DNA of 64,000 nucleotides from the NCBI GenBank assembly GCA_022703055.1, contig JAKLEP010000003.1:150238-214237 (forward strand), given 5' to 3'. This stretch comes from Candidatus Omnitrophota bacterium. Its GTDB lineage: Bacteria > Omnitrophota > Gorgyraeia > VGKH01. Under the pieces are notes generated by a model, which was not told where the DNA came from, did not search any database, and saw only the letters and a list, made by a program, of their open reading frames with translations. Numbering within the stretch: position 1 is the stretch's first letter; every line of letters begins with the position of its first letter. Both the position numbers and the translations under genes were made by a program. Shown in pieces: positions 55,845 to 63,266 of this stretch.

Positions 55845-56722
55845 TGTAGCTGCTTGGTTGATTTTGCGGTTTGCCAAATGTAAGGATTTTTCTTTAATAT
55901 ATAAATATCGAAAGTGCCAAGGCAACGCGCCCAGAATTCTAGGAGCATAACTCCGAAAGTCCAGAACAAATTCTTAATATTGAACCTTACTGCGCGCGGC
56001 AATAACCTAAGGATTCTAAAAATTTTATTTGTTGAAACCTCATATCCGGTTTTTTCTTTAAGCCATAGATGACCGGAGCAAATTCTGCGTCTCTGCATTA
56101 TGAAATCCTTTATATTCTCCGGCCCCTTGTTTCTTACCACTGCCTCGGGAACATACTTTAACTTTAATCCTTTTTGAGAAATTATTGCTTCAAAGCTAGC
56201 CTCATCAACTGCGCTATCTCCCGGGATACTTTCAACAATATTCCTGAAGGCGATCATTTCTCCCAATTTTGGCGCTTCCAGAGCGACAAAATGGTGCAGC
56301 TGCCAAAGCAAATTCACCGCAAAACCGATAAAAGTATCGGAACTGTTAACAGGTAATGACCTAGTACCAGTCATGCCGATTTCTTTGTCTAAAAACGGAG
56401 CGACAAGATTTTCTATGGTATTTTTATCCGGCAAGATATCCGCGCTTGAAACAACCACGATTTCTTCCTCGGCTAAATTAAGGAATTCATTTATTGCTAT
56501 AGATTTTCCCTTTCTCTGGTTATGCGCAAACAAAGTGATGCGATTGTCTGTTCTCGCCCATTCTTCAACAATCCTGTTGGTATTATCGGTACTACCGCTA
56601 GACACTACTACTATCTTATTAATTTTTACTTTAAATAAGTCCTGTTTAACCAGACTCTCTAGCAATTGGCCGATATTGGCCTGCTCATTATATGCAATAA
56701 TTCCTATGCTGCAATTAATCAT
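55841..56722 (-). CDS. family 2 glycosyltransferase
   Basis: IGIIAYNEQANIGQLLESL...VVSSGSTDNT...SADILP, a GT-A fold with a DxD-like motif. Confidence 0.8.
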   Translation of the reverse strand: MINCSIGIIAYNEQANIGQLLESLVKQDLFKVKINKIVVVSSGSTDNTNRIVEEWARTDNRITLFAHNQRKGKSIAINEFLNLAEEEIVVVSSADILPDKNTIENLVAPFLDKEIGMTGTRSLPVNSSDTFIGFAVNLLWQLHHFVALEAPKLGEMIAFRNIVESIPGDSAVDEASFEAIISQKGLKLKYVPEAVVRNKGPENIKDFIMQRRRICSGHLWLKEKTGYEVSTNKIFRILRLLPRAVRFNIKNLFWTFGVMLLEFWARCLGTFDIYILKKNPYIWQTAKSTKQLQ

Positions 56723-56725
56723 AAA

Positions 56726-57445
56726 TTATTTAATAAAAAAGCTGCTTAATTTAAGCCACAAAACCTTCCAAACTGCCTCAAAAACAATTTTCCTGCTCAT
56801 CTTGGAACGGCCTTGCTCACGTTCGTAAAAGACGATTGGGAACTCTTTGATTTTGAATCCCTTCCTAAATAATTTAAATACGACTTCTACCTGGAATGCA
56901 TACCCGTTAGAAATAATTTTATCCAAATCAAGCGACCTTATCGCTTGAGTCTTTATACATTTAAAACCGCTGGTAGCGTCTTCAATAGGTATCCCGGTTA
57001 CCATCCTAACATAGATGTTGGCTATCTTGCTAAGCAGCAATCTTCTGAATGGCCAGTTATCCACCCTGACACCATTAACGTATCTACTGCCAATAACCAC
57101 ATCGGAATATTCCGTCTCTTTTAACATATCTGCGAGGTATTTTGGGTCGTGAGAGAAATCTGCGTCCATCTGGATAACAAAATCCATCCCCTGTGAGATA
57201 GCATATTTAAAACCTTCGATGTAGGCAGTGCCGAGGCCGAGCTTGCCGTTTCTGTGGATTATATACAGATTCTTAAACGTTTCTTTTAATCTATCGACGA
57301 GCTGACCAGTACCGTCAGAAGAATTGTCATCAATTACAGTTACGAAGAAACCCGGGTTATGGTTAAAAATTTGGAAAATTATATTCTCGATAGAATCTTT
57401 TTCATTATAAGTCGGGATAAGGACCATTACTTTCTTGAATTCCAT
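56726..57445 (-). CDS. polyprenol-phosphate glycosyltransferase (Dpm1-like GT2)
   Basis: VLIPTYNEKDSIENI, VIDDNSSDGT, QMDADFSHDP. Confidence 0.8.
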   Translation of the reverse strand: MEFKKVMVLIPTYNEKDSIENIIFQIFNHNPGFFVTVIDDNSSDGTGQLVDRLKETFKNLYIIHRNGKLGLGTAYIEGFKYAISQGMDFVIQMDADFSHDPKYLADMLKETEYSDVVIGSRYVNGVRVDNWPFRRLLLSKIANIYVRMVTGIPIEDATSGFKCIKTQAIRSLDLDKIISNGYAFQVEVVFKLFRKGFKIKEFPIVFYEREQGRSKMSRKIVFEAVWKVLWLKLSSFFIK

Positions 57446-57463
57446 TTTGCTTCCTTATTTTTA

Positions 57464-57507
57464 ATGGCCCCTGCAATCTCATTTTGTAAAAGATGTGCAG
57501 GGGCCAT
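57464..57507 (-). other. 12-bp perfect hairpin between the basic-repeat protein gene and the GT2 gene
   Basis: ATGGCCCCTGCA (57464-57475) pairs with TGCAGGGGCCAT (57496-57507) around a 20-nt loop. A T-run follows it only on the plus strand, so it is not a classical minus-strand intrinsic terminator. Confidence 0.5.
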
Positions 57508-57519
57508 TTTTAAAACAGT

Positions 57520-57756
57520 TTATCTCCTCTTTTTACCTCCACGCACCATCTTGGCGCAAGAGATGTCACCTTTCTTATCGATGAAATAGAGGAATCCTAC
57601 TTTCTTCTTTACCCCTACCTTTGCTACCTTTTCCGGCTTTCCGCCTTTTTTCTTTCCGCGTGCCATCTTAGCTCTGGAAACATCGCCTTTTTTGTCGACG
57701 AAATAAAGGTAGCCTTTCACCTTTTTGACTCCAACCTTTGCGACTTTCATTGCCAT
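57520..57756 (-). CDS. 78-aa highly basic protein made of two ~37-aa tandem repeats
   Basis: The repeats are KVAKVGVKKVKGYLYFVDKKGDVSRAKMARG and KVAKVGVKKKVGFLYFIDKKGDISCAKMVRG. A strong GGGGGG SD lies upstream. Confidence 0.65.
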   Translation of the reverse strand: MAMKVAKVGVKKVKGYLYFVDKKGDVSRAKMARGKKKGGKPEKVAKVGVKKKVGFLYFIDKKGDISCAKMVRGGKKRR

Positions 57757-57774
57757 AACTAATTCACCCCCCTT

Positions 57775-58602
57775 CTATGTCCCAATTTTAACAGGCTCTA
57801 AAATATTTTTTAGCATCGCCGTAGCTGAAAGCACTGCCAAGAAACTTGTCTTAGGATTATCCGGACAAGGAAGATTGTCAGTGCAGGTCTTTATAGCACC
57901 GAAATCTCCCTCCGCGATAATTTCATGGGAATTTCGTTTATATTCCGGAGAAGTAACTATCTTAACTTTAATCTTATCTTTGCAGCCGCTGGCTAAGCTA
58001 AGTGTTGCGGCAACATTGATATTCTGAGGGAATAATTCGACTGCTTTATCGACGCTTCCTTCAAAAACAATAGTTTCTTTTTGAATATGATCCAAATCAA
58101 AATTATTTTTCAATAGGTATTCGTTGCCTTTTAATCCAGAAGGCGGTTTTCTGGTAGTAATAGTAATATTATTAATGTTTGAGAAAGATGCCGCTTTAAT
58201 CGCATCTAGACCGGCGATCGCTCCTGAAGGAAAATATATATGGCAACTTTTATCTTTAGCTAATTTAAAAACATCCTGGGCTTCAAGCATCCCGCCAACG
58301 CTCATCACTAATATATCTTTGCCTGCTTCAACGACGGATTTGGCAATAGACTTGGAAGACTTTGCGCTTGCAGACTCAATAACAAAATCACATCTTTTGA
58401 TTAAATCGTCTAAAGTTGAAACGACAATATTGTTTATTTTTAATTCGCTAGCTAAATTATGAGCCTTTTCAAGATTGACATCATAGATACCCGAAAGTTC
58501 TGCCTTATCACCGAAGTTAACCACGACTGCCTTAGCCAATCTTGAACCTATTGCCCCACAACCCACAATACCTATTTTTAATTTTGTTTTTGTCGCTGTC
58601 AT
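57775..58602 (-). CDS. nadX: aspartate dehydrogenase-like NAD(P)-binding protein
   Basis: IGIVGCGAIGSRLAKA Rossmann N-terminus and a size and C-terminal pattern typical of L-aspartate dehydrogenase. Moderate certainty. Confidence 0.6.
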   Translation of the reverse strand: MTATKTKLKIGIVGCGAIGSRLAKAVVVNFGDKAELSGIYDVNLEKAHNLASELKINNIVVSTLDDLIKRCDFVIESASAKSSKSIAKSVVEAGKDILVMSVGGMLEAQDVFKLAKDKSCHIYFPSGAIAGLDAIKAASFSNINNITITTRKPPSGLKGNEYLLKNNFDLDHIQKETIVFEGSVDKAVELFPQNINVAATLSLASGCKDKIKVKIVTSPEYKRNSHEIIAEGDFGAIKTCTDNLPCPDNPKTSFLAVLSATAMLKNILEPVKIGT

Positions 58603-59861
58603 TTTACGATTATATTATCAATTAATCTTGTCTTTCCTACCCAAACCGCCAAAGCAATAAGCGTGTTTTTATGTATTTTATTGACCGGCTTAAGCGTATT
58701 GAAATCAACGCAAGCTACATAATCTATTTTGGCATTTTTCTTAGTTTTTATTAGATCTTTTATGTGGGCGATAATTGCAGGGCTTGAACTTACCCCGCTT
58801 TCTATCATTTGCCTGGCTTTTCTTAGGCTTTCCGATAGAACAGCTGCATCATCTCTCTCTTGTGGGCTAAGATATTTATTCCTTGAGCTCATGGCAAGAC
58901 CATCTGTTTCGCGTACAATCGGCATCATTTTTATTTTAACTGGGATATTCAAATCTCTTGTCATCTGCTGGATCACTTTTACCTGCTGTGCATCTTTCTG
59001 CCCGAAATATGCGATATCCGGCTGGACGATATTAAATAATTTAGACACGATTGTTGCTACGCCTTTAAAATGGCCTAGCCGCGAAGCACCGCATAATCCC
59101 TTCGTAATTTCTTCAACATTAACATAGGTAAGATATTGTTCGGGATACATTTCTTTTACCGAAGGATAGAAAATAACGTCCACGCCTGCAAGGCGCGCTA
59201 ATTTTTCATCACGTTTTAAATCTCTTGGGTATTTTTTAAAGTCTTCGTGTGGACCAAACTGGGTAGGATTGACAAAGATACTTATTATAGAAACATCGCA
59301 ATCTTTTTTTGCCTGGCGCATCAAAGCAAGATGACCTTCATGCAGATAGCCCATTGTAGGGACAAAACCGATAGTCTTGCCTCTTTTCTTTAAATCCCCG
59401 GCTATTTCCTGAATCCTGGAGATCTTTTTGACTGTCTTCATTTTGTTATTCGGTATTACAATATTGGGCGCGATTTCCCTTAAAGGTCTTAATACAAAAT
59501 CTCTTTCATTCATCCTCGGATGTGGGACTATTAATTCTTTTGAATTGATTATAGCCCGATCGTAAAGCAAGATATCTAAATCAATAGTCCGTGGACCGAA
59601 ACGCACAGTTTTCTTTCGTCCAAGCTGCTTTTCGATATTCTTTAGTGTATCCAGTAGTTTGCGCGGCCTTAAATTGGTATCTGCCTCCAAAACTGCATTC
59701 AGAAATTTGCCCTGCTTTGGCCCGCCGACGGGATCGGTTTCGATTATCCTAGAAAGTTTTCTCAATCTTATTTTATTATCTTTTAAAAGAGCTAATGCTT
59801 TTCTGATATTCTCTCTTCTGTTTTTTAGATTTGAACCTATGCCTAGATATATTCTCACCAC
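58599..59861 (-). CDS. folK-panC: fusion of 6-hydroxymethyl-dihydropterin pyrophosphokinase (HPPK) and pantoate--beta-alanine ligase
   Basis: HPPK N-terminus: IYLGIGSNL...ETDPVGGP...DLDILLY...PHPRMNERDFVLRPL. PanC C-terminus: GFVPTMGYLHEGHLALM, IFVNPTQF. Confidence 0.85.
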   Translation of the reverse strand: MVRIYLGIGSNLKNRRENIRKALALLKDNKIRLRKLSRIIETDPVGGPKQGKFLNAVLEADTNLRPRKLLDTLKNIEKQLGRKKTVRFGPRTIDLDILLYDRAIINSKELIVPHPRMNERDFVLRPLREIAPNIVIPNNKMKTVKKISRIQEIAGDLKKRGKTIGFVPTMGYLHEGHLALMRQAKKDCDVSIISIFVNPTQFGPHEDFKKYPRDLKRDEKLARLAGVDVIFYPSVKEMYPEQYLTYVNVEEITKGLCGASRLGHFKGVATIVSKLFNIVQPDIAYFGQKDAQQVKVIQQMTRDLNIPVKIKMMPIVRETDGLAMSSRNKYLSPQERDDAAVLSESLRKARQMIESGVSSSPAIIAHIKDLIKTKKNAKIDYVACVDFNTLKPVNKIHKNTLIALAVWVGKTRLIDNIIVK

Positions 59862-61027
59862 TAAAGTATTTTTTTAATTCTATCCACTGCCTGGTTTATT
59901 CTATCTTTGGATACAGTTAAAGCCATCCGCAGATACCCTTCTCCGTCTTGGCCAAAACCTACTCCTGGCGTAAGAATAATGTCCGATTGATCCAAGAATG
60001 CCTTAGCCGCCTCCATGGATGAATTAAACTTCTTGGGAAGTTTTGCCCAAACATAAAATGTCGCTTGGGGCGGATCAATCTTCCAGCCGATATTTCTTAA
60101 GCCATTAACCAGGTAATCTCTTCTTTCATGATACATCCTGCGCATCTGTTCCGGAAAACTATCGTCAGCCTCCAAGGCAGCTATTCCTGCTAGCTGAAGC
60201 GCCTGAAATATACCTGAATCAACATTGGCCTTAACCTTGGCCAAGGCTGCCACGACTTTACTATTGCCGCAAACCCAGCCCACGCGCCAGCCAGTCATAT
60301 TAAATGTCTTGGAAAGCGAATGAAATTCCACTGCCACATCCTTGGCACCTTCGATTTCAAAGATGCTTGGCGGCTTATCAATATCAAAATAAATCTCCGA
60401 ATAAGCATTATCATAAGCGATAATTGTCTCGTTTTCTTTTGCAATAGAAACAACTTCTTTTAGGAAATCTCGGGAAGCAACTGCGCTAGTAGGATTATTG
60501 GGATAATTAAGAAACATTAATTTTACCCCCTTTGCCTCACGCATCTTGGCTAAATCGGGGAGGAAATTGTTCTTAGACTTTAGCGGCATAATTACTGGTT
60601 TACCCTCGGCAAAAATTGTCCCGGAAAGATACGGTGGATAACCTGGTTGCGGCACCAAAACCTTATCCTTGGGATTTACTATTCCCAGAGGCAAATGTGC
60701 GATTCCTTCCTTTGAACCAATCAAAGGTTGCACTTCCGAATCAGGATTTAAATCTACATTGAATCTCCTCTTGTACCAACCTGCAATTGCCAAACGCAAT
60801 CTTGGAAGACCCGCATCCAAAGCATAATGATGATTTTCTCCTAACGACGCTGCTTTGTCTAACGCTTCAATAATAAAATTAGGCGTTGGCAAATCGGGAT
60901 CGCCGATTCCTAAATCTATAATGTCCCGACCCTGCGCCTTTGCTTCTCTTTTTGCCCTATCTATTTCCACAAATAAATAAGGCGGCAATTTCTTGAGCCT
61001 CTCCGAAAAATCGATGTTTAAAGACAT
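59861..61027 (-). CDS. dapL: LL-diaminopimelate aminotransferase-type class I aminotransferase
   Basis: LPPYLFVEID start region, PLP-lysine motif SLSKTFNMTGWRVGW, and a location within the dapB/dapA/dapF cluster. Confidence 0.7.
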   Translation of the reverse strand: MSLNIDFSERLKKLPPYLFVEIDRAKREAKAQGRDIIDLGIGDPDLPTPNFIIEALDKAASLGENHHYALDAGLPRLRLAIAGWYKRRFNVDLNPDSEVQPLIGSKEGIAHLPLGIVNPKDKVLVPQPGYPPYLSGTIFAEGKPVIMPLKSKNNFLPDLAKMREAKGVKLMFLNYPNNPTSAVASRDFLKEVVSIAKENETIIAYDNAYSEIYFDIDKPPSIFEIEGAKDVAVEFHSLSKTFNMTGWRVGWVCGNSKVVAALAKVKANVDSGIFQALQLAGIAALEADDSFPEQMRRMYHERRDYLVNGLRNIGWKIDPPQATFYVWAKLPKKFNSSMEAAKAFLDQSDIILTPGVGFGQDGEGYLRMALTVSKDRINQAVDRIKKIL

Positions 61028-61036
61028 TAGTCTCCT

Positions 61037-61441
61037 TTAATTTATCTTTAATTTTATCTTGGATGTATTTTCGGGACAGGTCACGCTTATTCGAAAAACC
61101 TTGCCTGCCTTCGGATATAAAACATCCTTAGACATCTTGAGAACGTTGGCATAATCCATTGCTAGCATATTATCTTTTGAATCGTAGTATTCAATCTTTA
61201 AAACTATACTGTCTAAAAGCCTATTGCCGTAATTTTCAATCGCCACATTTATAGCAGCGTTAGTTTTATAAATATTAAAATTGTAATCTTTGACTTTTAC
61301 AAAATCCGCGAGATATTTCTTATTGGCTGAATAAATCCTGTAATATTTCAACGGAATAGACCCAGCCCATGCCACGACTATGGCAATGCAGGCATAAAGT
61401 ATCCACTTTTTGATAACCTTAGAATAATCTTTTTTTGCCAT
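61037..61441 (-). CDS. hypothetical membrane-anchored protein
   Basis: 134 aa with one N-terminal TM helix. No family recognised. Confidence 0.5.
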   Translation of the reverse strand: MAKKDYSKVIKKWILYACIAIVVAWAGSIPLKYYRIYSANKKYLADFVKVKDYNFNIYKTNAAINVAIENYGNRLLDSIVLKIEYYDSKDNMLAMDYANVLKMSKDVLYPKAGKVFRISVTCPENTSKIKLKIN

Positions 61442-61442
61442 C

Positions 61443-62165
61443 TTATTTCTTTATGGTTTCCAAAACATCCTGCATACTAAAAAGTCCCGATTTCTTACCC
61501 TGTAAAAACTTAGCTGCCGTTAAGGCGCCTTTGGCAAAAATATCCCTGGTTTTTGCAGAATGGCTAAGCTTAATCGTATCCCACTGGCTTTCAAAGATAA
61601 CCTCGTGATCTCCAATTATCTCGCCCTCGCGTATCGATTGGATATCCGAGACATCTTTTCCTGCAGAATCCTTAATTACTTGCGCCAGCTGCTTTGCCGT
61701 TCCCGACGGGGCATCCTTTTTATGCACATGATGAGCCTCGATAATCTTGACCGAATAATCGGGAATTCTGCTCGCCGCTTCCTGAGCAAGTTTAAATAAC
61801 AAATTAACTCCTATCGACATATTAGGTGAAAAGACAACTGCAATATTTCTAGCGGAATCAGCGATTATTTTCTTTTGCTCATCATTCATAGCTGTAGTCC
61901 CGATAACCATTGACTTTCTATATTTTACGCAAGCGTTAAGGTGTTCTATTGTTGCTTCTGGCGATGTAAACTCAATCAAACAATCCGCCAGATTAACCAC
62001 GGACAAATCATCGCTAATCTTGATATTGCCGATTTTGCTGCCTATCGCCTGATGGCCTTTGGCTTCAATAGCAGCAACTACCCGGAAATCTTCATCAGAT
62101 AGAGCTAAATCGATAATCCGAGCACCCATCTTTCCTGCGCAACCGCTTACTGCTAACTTTATCAT
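61443..62165 (-). CDS. dapB: 4-hydroxy-tetrahydrodipicolinate reductase
   Basis: IKLAVSGCAGKMG and EAHHVHKKDAPSGTA motifs. The ATG at 62165 follows AAGGGG; the track start at 62189 lies inside the upstream hairpin. Confidence 0.9.
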   Translation of the reverse strand: MIKLAVSGCAGKMGARIIDLALSDEDFRVVAAIEAKGHQAIGSKIGNIKISDDLSVVNLADCLIEFTSPEATIEHLNACVKYRKSMVIGTTAMNDEQKKIIADSARNIAVVFSPNMSIGVNLLFKLAQEAASRIPDYSVKIIEAHHVHKKDAPSGTAKQLAQVIKDSAGKDVSDIQSIREGEIIGDHEVIFESQWDTIKLSHSAKTRDIFAKGALTAAKFLQGKKSGLFSMQDVLETIKK

Positions 62166-62175
62166 TTTACCCCTT

Positions 62176-62381
62176 TTTAATGAGCGCATAACTTACGGAG
62201 TTAGAAACGACGTAAGTTATAAGCGCAAATTAAACCCCGCCCTCTATGCCCGCAATTTAAACTTAACGTTTTAGAGAACGAAATAATCTTTTTTGCGTTT
62301 CCCACCCAATGCCAACGCTTAGAGGGCGGGGCAAATTCAGCCTACAAACTTACGTTCACTTCCGTTCCATAAGTTTGGGCT
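62176..62381 (-). repeat. composite structured element: two ACTTAYG-loop-CRTAAGT hairpins flanking a GC-rich 12-bp stem
   Basis: Hairpin 1 is 62339-62381 and hairpin 2 is 62184-62226 (extended 62176-62234). The long-range stem pairs CCCCGCCCTCTA (62235-62246) with TAGAGGGCGGGG (62320-62331). The element fills the whole dapA-dapB spacer. Confidence 0.7.
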
Positions 62382-63266
62382 TCATTTGCCTTTCAATAAA
62401 CCGTAATCCTTTAAAGCCTTCTTAACTTTCTCCAGATTTTCATCTGACATGGTGCATAGCGGCAGCCTCAAATCCGGACTGCACATACCTAGTAATCCCA
62501 TCGCGGTCTTTACCGGGATAGGATTGGTTTCAATAAACATCGCCTTGGTTAGAGGCAGGAGCTTATAGTGGATTTCTTCGGCCTTCTGAATATTCCCTTT
62601 CTTAAATTCACTGACCATATTGGCTACATCGCGCGGGACAATATTGGCGACGACGGAAATTACTCCTATTCCGCCAATAGCCATAAGCGGCAAGGTCAAA
62701 GAATCATCGCCAGAAATCAATTGAAAACTCTTAGGGCAAATCTGCCTAATCCTTGACATCTGGTCCAAAGAACCCGAAGCCTCCTTGACGCCTACAAGAT
62801 TCTTGCAATCATTGGCGAGCCTAGCAATAGTCTCAGGCTCAATGTTTACTCCTGTCCTTCCGGCAATATTATAAAGGATAATCGGTATCTTGACTGAATC
62901 GGCAATCGCCTTAAAATGCAAATACAGCCCTTTTTGCGTCGGCCGATTATAATAAGGGCTGACCTGTAATGACGCATCAGCTCCGACCTTTTCTGCATGC
63001 TTAGTAAGCATTATCGCTTCTTCGGTGGAGTTAGAACCCGTTCCGGCCATAACGGGAACTCTTTTATTGACTATCTCAACAGTCAATTCAATCACCCGAT
63101 CATGCTCTTCGAAATTCAAAGTAGGCGATTCTCCGGTTGTGCCACAGGGCACTATCCCACTTGTTCCATTCTTAATCTGGAATTCGATTAATTCCGCATA
63201 CTTTTTCTCGTCAATCTTCCCATTCTTAAAAGGCGTGACTATCGCTACCAATGAACCATCAAACAT
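62382..63266 (-). CDS. dapA: 4-hydroxy-tetrahydrodipicolinate synthase
   Basis: GSLVAIVTPF, GTTGES, and the active-site Lys region. The ATG at 63266 follows AAGGGGGA; the track start at 63317 would overlap dapF by 59 nt. Confidence 0.9.
   Translation of the reverse strand: MFDGSLVAIVTPFKNGKIDEKKYAELIEFQIKNGTSGIVPCGTTGESPTLNFEEHDRVIELTVEIVNKRVPVMAGTGSNSTEEAIMLTKHAEKVGADASLQVSPYYNRPTQKGLYLHFKAIADSVKIPIILYNIAGRTGVNIEPETIARLANDCKNLVGVKEASGSLDQMSRIRQICPKSFQLISGDDSLTLPLMAIGGIGVISVVANIVPRDVANMVSEFKKGNIQKAEEIHYKLLPLTKAMFIETNPIPVKTAMGLLGMCSPDLRLPLCTMSDENLEKVKKALKDYGLLKGK

Noticed and set aside
57520-57756. The 78-aa protein as a RiPP precursor for the neighbouring radical SAM/SPASM and B12-radical SAM enzymes.
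   Set aside because: It is extremely basic and internally duplicated, has only one Cys, and shows no leader/core organisation. It is separated from the cluster by a strong hairpin and two glycosyltransferase genes. A nucleic-acid-binding role seems more plausible.
62190-62381. Lysine (L-box) riboswitch in the dapA-dapB spacer.
   Set aside because: I could not recognise the conserved L-box helices or junction motifs. The region is instead built from the same hairpin type found near unrelated genes at 0.3 and 1.0 kb. A proper Rfam scan is still advisable.
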